Below are positions 1 to 8,584 of a stretch of DNA of 55,866 nucleotides, piece after piece. Position 1 is the stretch's first letter. Each line of letters begins with the position of its first letter. Location of the stretch: IMG/VR virus record IMGVR_UViG_3300011438_000013, positions 1 through 55,866 of that record. One strand, written 5' to 3'. Made by a program: the position numbers and the translations under genes. The notes below the pieces were generated by a model. The model was not told where the DNA came from. It saw nothing but the letters and a program-made list of their open reading frames with translations, and made no database searches. This DNA is from a virus (Duplodnaviria; Caudoviricetes).

Positions 1-123
1 ATACCTTGGTTATTTATTAAAAGTTCATCAACCGTAATAGAGGTAGAAATTATAACATCTGCTGGAAGTGAAAAAGTCGGATTTCCGGCAATTCCTGACC
101 CATTGGTAATTGTAATTTGACTG
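1..123. repeat. Terminal direct repeat (circular-assembly overlap), copy 1
   Basis: Bases 1-123 (ataccttggt...aatttgactg) are identical to 55744-55866, and a minus-strand reading frame stays open across the join. Confidence 0.97.
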
Positions 124-770
124 GCCGTACCTGTAAGAACACAAGAATTAACCACACCGGTTGCTGTGGTACTCGCTAAAATGCCGCTTCCTAGCACACT
201 TAAAGGTTGCGCACTCGTTAAAAATCCATTGGGAATTTGGGTGATATAAGTAGCATCAATAGGTGCGCCTGTGCCTCCCGTTAAGATATTGATCCAGCTT
301 ACGCCATCAAATACTTCTAAATCATTGAGATCGGTATTTCCACGCATTTCAAAAGTGTTAGGAACCAGCGGACGTTGAGCGATGGTTCCCACTGGAACAG
401 TCAATCCTTCGTTTCCGGTCAACACAGGATTATCAACGAGCGAAACCGTAATGTTTCCTCCAGGCCCTGCATCAATAACGTTTATATTATTGCCCTGGGT
501 CAGAATACGCTCATTTACAAATCCTGAATTTGCAGTGGCGGTTATAACAGACGCACCTGGGAAAAACTCAAAAGGAACATTATTAATGGTGAAGACGCCG
601 CCCGTGGTGGTATCGATATTAAATATATTCGTTCCAATACTCAGCATGCTGGCATTACCGAATCCATCTTGAATCTGCCGTGCGACCGTATCAAAGCCTT
701 GACCGCCGTGATCGACCCAGATGGTATCTCCAAAGACGCTATTAAATTGATCGTTAGAACGGTTACCCAA
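1..770 (-). CDS. N-terminal part of an origin-spanning tail fibre/tail-associated protein (joins 55743..53979; about 844 aa total)
   Basis: Manual translation from TTG at 770 (GAGGAG 7 nt upstream) gives MGNRSNDQFNSVFGDTIWVDHGG...VPVGTIAQRP...FDGVSW...NNQGIEATGV, in frame with SDNIFLTT of ORF 53979..55730. Missed by the ORF track. Confidence 0.88.
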   Translation of the reverse strand, partial: MGNRSNDQFNSVFGDTIWVDHGGQGFDTVARQIQDGFGNASMLSIGTNIFNIDTTTGGVFTINNVPFEFFPGASVITATANSGFVNERILTQGNNINVIDAGPGGNITVSLVDNPVLTGNEGLTVPVGTIAQRPLVPNTFEMRGNTDLNDLEVFDGVSWINILTGGTGAPIDATYITQIPNGFLTSAQPLSVLGSGILASTTATGVVNSCVLTGTASQITITNGSGIAGNPTFSLPADVIISTSITVDELLINNQG

Positions 771-1104
771 TTGTAAACTCCTCGTCAAAGCCTTCACCCA
801 TCCTTAAATTGGTACCGACCATGGTTTCATCCAACAGAATAAGAGCGGTATTATCCGGGTCTTGAGGCACCCGAGGCTCACGCAATGGGATAGGGTCTTG
901 TTTTAAAATAGGATCAAGCAATTGCGGATTCGGCTGATCAGCAAAACGGTTCCAGACGAGAAACCCCGTCCATACGAGAGCATTGCCGCGATATTCCATC
1001 TGGCGCACAAGTTCATGATAAGGGACAATGAACCCTGAATAATCGCATTGGCCGATTGCAAGCGGGCTATCTCTATCTGGAATCCATCTTTTATGAATGC
1101 GCAT
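763..1104 (-). CDS. Conserved phage protein (CDYSGF motif), probably virion-associated
   Basis: ATG at 1104 overlaps the upstream stop (TAATG). Lies in the structural operon; A-x-G-x-CD-x-SGF...D-x-P-N-PQ pattern typical of podovirus neck-region genes. Confidence 0.65.
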   Translation of the reverse strand: MRIHKRWIPDRDSPLAIGQCDYSGFIVPYHELVRQMEYRGNALVWTGFLVWNRFADQPNPQLLDPILKQDPIPLREPRVPQDPDNTALILLDETMVGTNLRMGEGFDEEFTIG

Positions 1105-2150
1105 TATGTCCACCCATAAAAATCAGGATAAATGCGCAACGGGACATTTTCCGTATCTTGACGGAATGCTTGTGTAAAGGATTCGAGATATTCCGCCTTT
1201 AGCCTATCGACCCTGTCGGGAAATGATTTAAGGGCGACACGCCACGCTAAACCTGAACACACGGCATCTAAAAATCTGCTCGGCATATCAGGATTTTGCG
1301 TCATTAATGTTGCGTCTTGAATCATGCGGATTCCCGTATAATAAAGCATCGGGAACTCATTATTTGGAGTTGGCCATAAATTAACCACCGGATTTGTAAG
1401 CCTATCGACATAAAATGAAGACGTACGGGAGGAAAAAGTCTTATTTGGGAGAGCTACATATTCCGCACGCGAAAGGCGCGTGATGATATAATCGAGATCA
1501 GCTACATTAAAATAAAGTTCGTTGATATTAAGGGTGGCGCCCCCTGTTTCAATGATCCGTACATATTGCTGTTGGATAGGTGAGTCTATCGCTATCCAAA
1601 TAGTTTGAAGTGCGGGATAAAATTGTAAAGGAGGGGAAGCCCGTGTCGTCCAATTGGTATTATCAATCGAAGTTTGTACGAGCAACGTATAATTTTGATC
1701 GGTCTCGGATGTAATGCCCACCATCGAAATGGCTTGGGTCGTATTAGCTCCATAATCATAACTAATCCATCCATCAGGTGCTGTTTCCGTGCATGCCGTC
1801 TGGTCATTAGCATCAAAAGCCTGTGCTGCAATTCCCGAAGAAGAAGCAGGTGCGCCGCTTAACTTACGGATGGTTGAGCGTATGGTGCATTCTAAAAAAT
1901 CAATAATATTAAGAGGAAGATTATAGGTAGATTGATTCATGACAAGGTTAATGACGCCCTGTTCCACCGTCCATAAGTTGATACCTTCATTCGGCCAAGA
2001 CGCAAGCATCAAGTTCAATGACCGGAATGCGGTTTGAATTTGTTGGGCCGTGAGGATATCCCCCACTAACCCGCAACGCTCATAGGCTTCGGTTATGATG
2101 GCATCAAGGTCGGTTGTTGCCGCAAAATTATAAGTGTTGGAAGTGGCCAC
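1104..2150 (-). CDS. Head-tail adaptor-like protein with inserted discoidin/F5-8-like domain
   Basis: N-terminus MATSNTYNF...IITEAYERCG...RSLNLMLASWPNEGINLW and C-terminal LWPTP...PSRFLDAVCSGLAW are adaptor-type; central AFDANDQT...WISYDYG...QTSIDNTNWT...YVRI...INEL is jelly-roll-like. Confidence 0.7.
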   Translation of the reverse strand: MATSNTYNFAATTDLDAIITEAYERCGLVGDILTAQQIQTAFRSLNLMLASWPNEGINLWTVEQGVINLVMNQSTYNLPLNIIDFLECTIRSTIRKLSGAPASSSGIAAQAFDANDQTACTETAPDGWISYDYGANTTQAISMVGITSETDQNYTLLVQTSIDNTNWTTRASPPLQFYPALQTIWIAIDSPIQQQYVRIIETGGATLNINELYFNVADLDYIITRLSRAEYVALPNKTFSSRTSSFYVDRLTNPVVNLWPTPNNEFPMLYYTGIRMIQDATLMTQNPDMPSRFLDAVCSGLAWRVALKSFPDRVDRLKAEYLESFTQAFRQDTENVPLRIYPDFYGWT

Positions 2151-2345
2151 TTATTTTCTCTTACGGAGCTTCCCAAGAGTTTCGGCCATATTCGCTCTTT
2201 CTCTCATGAGAGGGCTTTTAGAGTGGGTTGCCTTCTCGAGCTTATCCAGAGGTATCTTTTTACCTTCAGGTACGTGTAGAGCCTCTCTAAGCGCTCCTGG
2301 ATGCTTTATAGCTCCCTGAATCCAATTCTTTTTAGCCCGACTCAT
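2151..2345 (-). CDS. Small basic conserved phage protein
   Basis: WIQGAIKHPGALREALHVPEGKKIP...RANMAETL motif; strong RBS (GGGAGA). Confidence 0.75.
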   Translation of the reverse strand: MSRAKKNWIQGAIKHPGALREALHVPEGKKIPLDKLEKATHSKSPLMRERANMAETLGKLRKRK

Positions 2346-2390
2346 TTTTAATCTCCCTTTTTTATTATTTTTATGAGATTGAGTTTGTTT

Positions 2391-3020
2391 TTATGATCCT
2401 GCGATTCCTTGTTGAATAAGATTAGTAGTCACGGCTCCATTGCCGGAGCTTGAAGTTACTTGAACCTGAAAGGCTTTAACGGGAATCGTGGTTGCAGCAA
2501 TTTGACTTGCAGTGGCGGCTGTCAGGATAGCTGTCACCGCAAATGTATTGGGGGTGGTGACGGTTTCGGGATCATCAGGGGTTTGGACAACTGAATAAGC
2601 GATCGTTGCTGTGGCAGTCGCGGCTATCCCCACATTAAAGACATCAGTGTGATCAGTGACTATAACCCAAATTGATTTTCCCGTGGTGCCATTTCCAACG
2701 CTCATGGCAGTTCCTAATGCGGCATCCGTATGGACAGAAGTGACGGTATTAAATAAAGCGGTCGTAAAGACGGTATTGGCATTAGGCCCAACGCGGGTTT
2801 CAGTGAGGGCCACACCATTTACATCGGTGCCTGTAATAGTAATATTGGCACCCGATAAATCGGCCACGGCAACCGTCAAAGAGATGGTGACACCAAAATT
2901 CCCACCCTGACTAAATTTGCCCCCTATTAAGGTGAGATCGGCAGCTCCTGCGGTGGTTTGGGCAGCAGCAACCGAAGTGGTGACGGCTTTATTAAAAGTT
3001 ACGGTGGTGCTACGGGCCAT
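2391..3020 (-). CDS. Putative virion structural protein (Thr/Ala-rich, beta-rich)
   Basis: Composition, position downstream of the capsid gene, AAGGA RBS. Confidence 0.6.
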   Translation of the reverse strand: MARSTTVTFNKAVTTSVAAAQTTAGAADLTLIGGKFSQGGNFGVTISLTVAVADLSGANITITGTDVNGVALTETRVGPNANTVFTTALFNTVTSVHTDAALGTAMSVGNGTTGKSIWVIVTDHTDVFNVGIAATATATIAYSVVQTPDDPETVTTPNTFAVTAILTAATASQIAATTIPVKAFQVQVTSSSGNGAVTTNLIQQGIAGS

Positions 3021-3071
3021 TTTTATTATTCCTTATAATTAGGCACTCAATGCCCCTTTAACAAACGAAGC

Positions 3072-3119
3072 GGGCTTCTATGACCTTCAGGGAATTTCTC
3101 CATCGAATCATAGAAGCCC
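3072..3119. terminator. Intergenic inverted repeat (terminator or processing stem)
   Basis: Perfect 12-bp arms GGGCTTCTATGA / TCATAGAAGCCC. Confidence 0.5.
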
Positions 3120-3134
3120 TACTTAAAAACCTTC

Positions 3135-4070
3135 TTATGTTGAAGGAGTACCAACCAAACCACCTGTCTCTGTAACCACGTTACTGACGTAGTTCTGAAC
3201 CATTGCACAGCTTGAAGGATCAATGACTGTGGCAATATCGGTTACATACCCCGAGAAACCATTGTTAAAGGCAATAACACCCGTACAAGCAGCAACCAAA
3301 TCTACAAGGGCTGCAATATTAGTAGTTTGCTTGTTGTAGAGATAGTTATTACAAATCTGGACATCTTTAGAAGCTGTCGTAATACCATTGATGAGGGAGG
3401 TCGTAATATTACCCGCCATATAGTTACCGACAATCTGTGCATTATCACATCCAACCAATCGAATCACTTCAGTGGAAGTAGAAGTAACGGTCGTGCCTGC
3501 AATCGAACTTTCATAGTTAAAATTACATCCTATAACCTTCATATTAAGTGCCAACGCACTCGTTAAGATGCTTATAAGGATGTTAGTTGTTGCTGAGGTT
3601 GCGTAAAAATCACTATTATAGAGTTCAAATCCAGCGGCTGTCACACTAATAGCGGTTGCCAATGCAGCAATATTGCCAATGAAACGGAAGTTGGCTAATA
3701 GGACATTGGCAGCCGTCACCGTCATTGTTGCGGTCGTAGCCGTCCCAAAAGTAATAGTCGGGCGAAGATTACCGGTACCAACGCCTATAATAGAAACGCC
3801 CGCTTTGCTCAGGGCAATACCGGCAGCAGCAATAATGGTCTCTGCATGACCTGGGAGACAGAAAATATAATCGCCGTTATTGGCCGTACATTGGGTTAAT
3901 GCAAAGGCAATCGTAGCAAAGGGAGTTGCAGGCGTATTGTTACCGACATTACCGGAGGAACCCGTTAAGCTGCTTACAAAAAAAACATTCCCAGTCGGTA
4001 AAAGATTAGCGGTACCCATCGTAGGAACACCAAAACTGGTAATTCCGTTTGGAAAATTAGTATAAGGCAT
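3135..4070 (-). CDS. Putative capsid decoration/spike protein with beta-helix-like C-terminus
   Basis: MPYTNFPNGITSFGVP N-terminus, P-F-A-T-I-x-x-A...GD-x-I-x-x-x-PGHAE motif and repeated N-x-F/I-x-G-N turns; directly after the major capsid gene. Confidence 0.65.
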   Translation of the reverse strand: MPYTNFPNGITSFGVPTMGTANLLPTGNVFFVSSLTGSSGNVGNNTPATPFATIAFALTQCTANNGDYIFCLPGHAETIIAAAGIALSKAGVSIIGVGTGNLRPTITFGTATTATMTVTAANVLLANFRFIGNIAALATAISVTAAGFELYNSDFYATSATTNILISILTSALALNMKVIGCNFNYESSIAGTTVTSTSTEVIRLVGCDNAQIVGNYMAGNITTSLINGITTASKDVQICNNYLYNKQTTNIAALVDLVAACTGVIAFNNGFSGYVTDIATVIDPSSCAMVQNYVSNVVTETGGLVGTPST

Positions 4071-4175
4071 TTTTAAATCCTTTTTTAACGAGTTTTAACC
4101 CGTTTTATTACTTTCATTATATCGGTGGTGGTGAACATATTTAAATATTCACCACTATATTTTAAGTATTAAATC

Positions 4176-5081
4176 TTATGGGCCGTTAGAACCGTAACAA
4201 CAACGGAAGTCTGTTACTCCTGCTGAGTACCTTTCAATAGCTTTTACTTGAAGGTTATCTGTTGTAGGTTCTGTCCATATATCAACTTCCAATTCTTCTC
4301 TTTGCAACATCTTCAAACCATTCTCATTCATGTCTGTTGTCACAAACCAAGCTGAAGTTGAAGTTAGGAAGTGATTAATGCGCTCACCCTGGGGAACCGC
4401 ACCCATAGCAAAGATAGCTGACACATCGTTGTTAGCTGTATTCGTACGGAACTGGGACTTCATGAGCCGAGCAGCCGTAAACATCAGTGCAGGAGGCACA
4501 AGGAGCTTCTGGGGCTTAGCCATGACGATAAGGCCCGAAGAAGACTTGAACTGGGAAATAGCAACCAATGCAGCTTCCAAAGATGTTTCATTCAAGTCAG
4601 CAGCAATAGCGGGTTGGTTTGCAACCACTCCACCATCAATAGGATGGCTTGAAGAAAAGAAAGGTTGACCGTCTCCGATTGGAAATGAAGTGCTGAACCC
4701 GTTGTTGAAAACGTTGGCACAAATTATCTCTTTTGTCTGATTCATGGTATTTTTCAATGCCTTAGCCTGCATTGGGAACCTTGTCTTATACAAGTTATCC
4801 TTAATTGCCTGTCTCGTGATGATAAAACCAATTGAAACGTACTTGTTAACGTAGGAAGTCTGCGACCTTTGGCCCATTGAATCGAAGGCTGTAGCCGACC
4901 CTTCAGGACGTATCTGAGCAAGACCAAGCATCTTGATTTCGACATCGATTTCTACAGCTTTATCTGACGAATGCTGTGTGAATACTTCACTCCATTCACT
5001 CGGATACATCTGTTCTGAAGCCCAGACAGCCTGCAAACCGGGCCGAAGGAGGCTTCGGATAGCTGTTGTATTAATAGCCAT
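4176..5081 (-). CDS. Major capsid protein
   Basis: MAINTTAIRSLLRPGL...EGS...ITRQAIKDNLY...GDGQPFFSSSHP...L-x-ETSLE...PQKLLVPP...K-x-x-ERYS-x-G-x-x-D-x-R pattern of HTVC010P/Mu gpT-like capsids; head-module position. Confidence 0.88.
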   Translation of the reverse strand: MAINTTAIRSLLRPGLQAVWASEQMYPSEWSEVFTQHSSDKAVEIDVEIKMLGLAQIRPEGSATAFDSMGQRSQTSYVNKYVSIGFIITRQAIKDNLYKTRFPMQAKALKNTMNQTKEIICANVFNNGFSTSFPIGDGQPFFSSSHPIDGGVVANQPAIAADLNETSLEAALVAISQFKSSSGLIVMAKPQKLLVPPALMFTAARLMKSQFRTNTANNDVSAIFAMGAVPQGERINHFLTSTSAWFVTTDMNENGLKMLQREELEVDIWTEPTTDNLQVKAIERYSAGVTDFRCCYGSNGP

Positions 5082-5142
5082 TTTATTTTTTCCTTATTTC
5101 TTATTGTTATTCTTAAAGGATAAATCCCTGAATTTTTTTAAC

Positions 5143-5763
5143 TTAAACTCCGACCGTCCCTACGCTCTTAAGTCTATGGTTATTGATAATCACTTCTGCA
5201 TTGGCATAAGAAATGCCAAAAACGTTTCCTGGAACTGGAGTAGCGCGAAGAATTTTCAACTGATAGGCTTGAGTGGTAGCTGGTATGTTAGTAATCGCAT
5301 CAAGGAGATAAGCTGATTGGCCTGATATTACACTGCCGGTCGCTACAACCCATTGCGCGTTGTAACCAACGTTTCCTAGTACGAGAGGAGTTGCACCTAA
5401 AACACCATTTGATTGGATATCGAAAATAATATTGGGATCATCGGCGATTTCAGCTTCAACAGTCGTATTAGCTAAAATCGTTGTACTGGCAGGCCAATAA
5501 GGGGAAAAAATAAAGTTGGCATTCGTATCGAAATATTTACATCCTTGGAAAACACCCAGCACAGGTGCTCCTGTACCAGTAGTAAGAGGCGCAATGATAA
5601 TATTGCCAGTGTTACCTGAATCAAAATCTACAGGGTCACCTGTAAAAATGGATGTGGCGTAACCAGTTGCAATGTTGTAAGTATTTGTTGCATTATTCCA
5701 AGGGGAGCCGTTTAAATACCGGCGAGGCTGCAATCCTTGGGCTGCATTCACTCCATAAGACAT
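5143..5763 (-). CDS. Putative minor capsid/cement protein
   Basis: GL-x-P...Y-x-IA...IFTGDPV...GVFQGC-x-Y...YWPA...DDP-x-x-x-F-x-IQ pattern; immediately upstream of the capsid gene. Confidence 0.7.
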   Translation of the reverse strand: MSYGVNAAQGLQPRRYLNGSPWNNATNTYNIATGYATSIFTGDPVDFDSGNTGNIIIAPLTTGTGAPVLGVFQGCKYFDTNANFIFSPYWPASTTILANTTVEAEIADDPNIIFDIQSNGVLGATPLVLGNVGYNAQWVVATGSVISGQSAYLLDAITNIPATTQAYQLKILRATPVPGNVFGISYANAEVIINNHRLKSVGTVGV

Positions 5764-5920
5764 GTTTCATCTCCGCTGTTGTTAATTTATATTTTTATGA
5801 TTTTAACGAAGCGCACGAAGCGAAACTGGTCTTAACGGCCAGGGGATGAAATAAAGGTGCATCCCAATTATTGAGCATCCTAAAAAGGATGACGCAGATT
5901 ACTCTACGTGTTATTTGCAT

Positions 5921-5950
5921 ATTATAACATTGATAGGTAAAATGCGTCAA
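5921..5950 (-). promoter_or_regulatory. Sigma70-type promoter for the capsid operon
   Basis: Minus strand TTGACG-18 nt-TATAAT with extended -10 TGn. Confidence 0.65.
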
Positions 5951-5963
5951 TAGGTGTTGATAT

Positions 5964-6446
5964 TTATTTTCTAAGTGAAGTTACTTGCTCAATTTGTGTT
6001 TGGTTCGTTTCAACAAAGCGGGGCATCTCGGAGGTACCGCCTTCAATATATCCGTTGATACCTTCCATCATTTCCCTTTGTTTATCTTCCTGTTTTTTAC
6101 GATCTTCTTCCACAAAGTCCCTGGGCTTTTCACAAAGCATAAGACCGCCTTCTTCTAAAATAGATTTTTGGACACCTTCATATCCTGGGAGTGGAGGAGG
6201 AATTAATTCCGGATGCCGTTCCGGAGGTACCGGATACCAATCTTCCTGCATTCTTTTAGCAATATTATTTTGATCAGGCTCTCCCAATAAGGAAGTACGC
6301 ACTAAAAAATATTCCATATCTGCGGGCCACAATTCACGGGGAATCGTGTGAATGGTATAAGGAACCCTTCGGGTGCGCCTGCGTGTTTCCATCGTGCGTG
6401 ATTGTTCCGTGCGGCTTGTACGGTCATTGGGTTTGACATCTGACAT
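5964..6446 (-). CDS. Conserved head-module protein
   Basis: R...G-x-x-D-x-x-N...W-x-PV...HPE...GGL-x-LC-x-x-P pattern; between scaffold and capsid genes. Confidence 0.7.
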   Translation of the reverse strand: MSDVKPNDRTSRTEQSRTMETRRRTRRVPYTIHTIPRELWPADMEYFLVRTSLLGEPDQNNIAKRMQEDWYPVPPERHPELIPPPLPGYEGVQKSILEEGGLMLCEKPRDFVEEDRKKQEDKQREMMEGINGYIEGGTSEMPRFVETNQTQIEQVTSLRK

Positions 6447-6460
6447 TGGTATTCTCCCTA

Positions 6461-7516
6461 TTATTGTTTCATCATTTTAATTTTTTGGATGGCATAAGCC
6501 CTGCATGATTCTTCACGGGTATATTGTTTACCGTTTGGATGCTGGAAATTCATATTGAGGGCGATATCCACTTCATCAGGCGTTAAATTAATCCGTGTAG
6601 GTGATTTATTTGATGAAAGGGGATTGGATATTTGCCGAGGGGATGCAACCGAGGTTGAGGGACTCTTCATTTGAGGATTTTCGGTGACATACACCTCTCC
6701 TTCATCATCAAAGTTTTCTGCTATATAGGCATTTAATTCATCAAAATACTTTTGGGTGCCGATTTGTGATTTTTTACCTGCTTTGGTATATTGACGGGCT
6801 AAGCGTGAATCCACCCCTCTCACTTCATTGTACATGTCTTGATCAAATTCCGGAGAGTTTGCATCCATAAAAGGATTTTCATTTAACCATAAAGACAATT
6901 CAGGGGTAGGTTCCGGTTGACGTTCCTCTTGAGGCTGATTATACCTGCGCTCCTCATATTGAGGTTCCATCTGCTGTGATTGGGATTGTTTACGGTCGGA
7001 TTGAATCCCGTTTGCGGCCTTATAAGAGTTTATTTCGTTCTTTTCGCCTTGGAGACGGCTAAATTCAGCATAGGCATCAACTTGTAAATCGGTATCTCCA
7101 TTATCAATAGCGGTTTTTAAGACTGATTTTGCCCTCTCCATACGTTGATCAAGGGCATCTTCGGCCAATAGGACAGATGTGATATTTTTTTCCTGTACCA
7201 TGGACTGAAGGCGTTGGTTTTCTTCGTACTGCTGATGTAGCAGTTCCTCCATTTGCTTTTTTTCGGAGTAAACTTGCTTGAACCGTTTTTCAAACGATAT
7301 TTTATTCTTTTTCTTGAGCGGCTTTTCGGCTTCTTCTACCTCTTCTTCGGCTTCGGTTTCTTTGGGGGTTTGTTCATCCCACTGCATATCGTCTCGGTCA
7401 TTGATAATGACATCATTGACGATATTAAGGGCATCTTCTTCAATTGAAATCTCAACTGGGCCGCTTTGCGGGCCGCCTATAGGTTCTTCTTCATATTGGA
7501 TTTTATCAATATCCAT
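6461..7516 (-). CDS. Capsid scaffolding protein
   Basis: Acidic N-terminus, coiled coil (KRFKQV...), W-x-x-x-NP-F, C-terminal LTPDEVDIA...YA; head-module position. Confidence 0.7.
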   Translation of the reverse strand: MDIDKIQYEEEPIGGPQSGPVEISIEEDALNIVNDVIINDRDDMQWDEQTPKETEAEEEVEEAEKPLKKKNKISFEKRFKQVYSEKKQMEELLHQQYEENQRLQSMVQEKNITSVLLAEDALDQRMERAKSVLKTAIDNGDTDLQVDAYAEFSRLQGEKNEINSYKAANGIQSDRKQSQSQQMEPQYEERRYNQPQEERQPEPTPELSLWLNENPFMDANSPEFDQDMYNEVRGVDSRLARQYTKAGKKSQIGTQKYFDELNAYIAENFDDEGEVYVTENPQMKSPSTSVASPRQISNPLSSNKSPTRINLTPDEVDIALNMNFQHPNGKQYTREESCRAYAIQKIKMMKQ

Positions 7517-7564
7517 GTTTTTTCCTTTTTTATTATTTTTATTTTCTGGAAAAAATATTGTTTT

Positions 7565-8257
7565 TTAAAAACGGTTGGCTTCTAAAAGAGGGGTAATATC
7601 ATTGGGGTCTTCATAAATTCCTTTTATCCGGTCATCGTCAACTAAAACAACCGGCATTCCCTTAAATCCATGGGTAAGACCTGCGTTTTTTTCCATGATG
7701 ACCCAATCACCGGGACGGCAATAAAACCCTTTGAATCTGGAGCCTTTATAAGCTTCGGGGCCTAATGCCAACACCAAGCCAACAAAGCAATTATATTTTT
7801 CCCGTTCACGCAGTTCTTCTTCACCCGCTAAATAAACAAGAGGTTTTCCATCCGACCCCATAAGGCGTTTTCCATCATCATCAGTTATCCTTTTGACGAC
7901 CTCTTCACGGATGAACATCTTTATGAGGACTTGATAACCACACGGACGCGGAAGCCTAAACCCTATTTGCTCTTCCATCAAACATGTGGCACTCACGACT
8001 TCTTCGTCTTGGATAAAACTTAAAGTTGCCCGTTTAACTTCTTCGTCCTTTAATGTCTCGATTAAAGCTTGTTTAAAAAGCTCTTTGTTCTCGAGGCATT
8101 CGGAGACGGTATCTTTTATTAATTGCTTAAGGGCATTCGCTGCTTCCGCAGCTTCATAATTAGTAGACTTTAGATTCAATTGCTTCACCATCTTCTTTAG
8201 GTTTTTGAGCTGTAAACATTGCTTTGTAAGTTTCCGCAAGCAACTGTTCAGCTTCAC
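7565..8257 (-). CDS. GroES-like co-chaperonin with N-terminal extension
   Basis: PCGYQVLIK...GLVLALGPEAY...CRPGDWV...LVDDDRI matches Cpn10-like phage proteins. True start is probably downstream of 8257. Confidence 0.75.
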   Translation of the reverse strand: MKLNSCLRKLTKQCLQLKNLKKMVKQLNLKSTNYEAAEAANALKQLIKDTVSECLENKELFKQALIETLKDEEVKRATLSFIQDEEVVSATCLMEEQIGFRLPRPCGYQVLIKMFIREEVVKRITDDDGKRLMGSDGKPLVYLAGEEELREREKYNCFVGLVLALGPEAYKGSRFKGFYCRPGDWVIMEKNAGLTHGFKGMPVVLVDDDRIKGIYEDPNDITPLLEANRF

Positions 8258-8396
8258 GGAAGCCCTGAAGATGTCCGCAATTGTATTTATACTGGTCTAA
8301 GGAGGGGATTTGTCCCTGAAGGATGACGGCGGAGACTTGAGAAGACCGCTCATGGTAAGCTTTTAACGTATTTTCAATGAAAATTTGGACGCTCAT
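8160..8396 (-). CDS. Small conserved head-module protein
   Basis: ATG at 8396 behind GGAGAG; YKYNCGHLQGFREAE helix typical of the small gene next to phage GroES. Confidence 0.65.
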   Translation of the reverse strand: MSVQIFIENTLKAYHERSSQVSAVILQGQIPSLDQYKYNCGHLQGFREAEQLLAETYKAMFTAQKPKEDGEAIESKVY

Positions 8397-8444
8397 ATAA
8401 ACTCTCCGTTTTATTATTTTTATTATCAAGAGTTAGCGTTATAT

Positions 8445-8472
8445 ATAATAACGATTATGCTATTGGTGTCAA
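8445..8472 (-). promoter_or_regulatory. Sigma70-type promoter
   Basis: Minus strand TTGACA-16 nt-TATTAT. Confidence 0.5.
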
Positions 8473-8495
8473 TATTTTTTGTTAATAAAGGTTAA

Positions 8496-8530
8496 GGAAC
8501 CCCTCCCCGCATCGCAACAGGGAGGGTTCC
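8496..8530 (-). terminator. GC-rich hairpin, likely intrinsic terminator
   Basis: GGAACCC(C)TCCC / GGGAGGGTTCC arms downstream of 8585..9259. Confidence 0.55.
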
Positions 8531-8584
8531 GTGTTATTTAAGGAGTAAAAATAACATCACATTATAACGCATAGATTCTTTAAA

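Noticed and set aside
382-672. Plus-strand ORFs 382..672 and 55471..55863 and similar shadow ORFs opposite structural genes
   Set aside because: They are antisense to long, motif-bearing minus-strand genes and have no RBS or recognisable features.
4085-8495. CtrA boxes at 4085-4098 and 8482-8495
   Set aside because: Both are TTAA-N6-TTAA, whereas the CtrA consensus has a 7-nt spacer.
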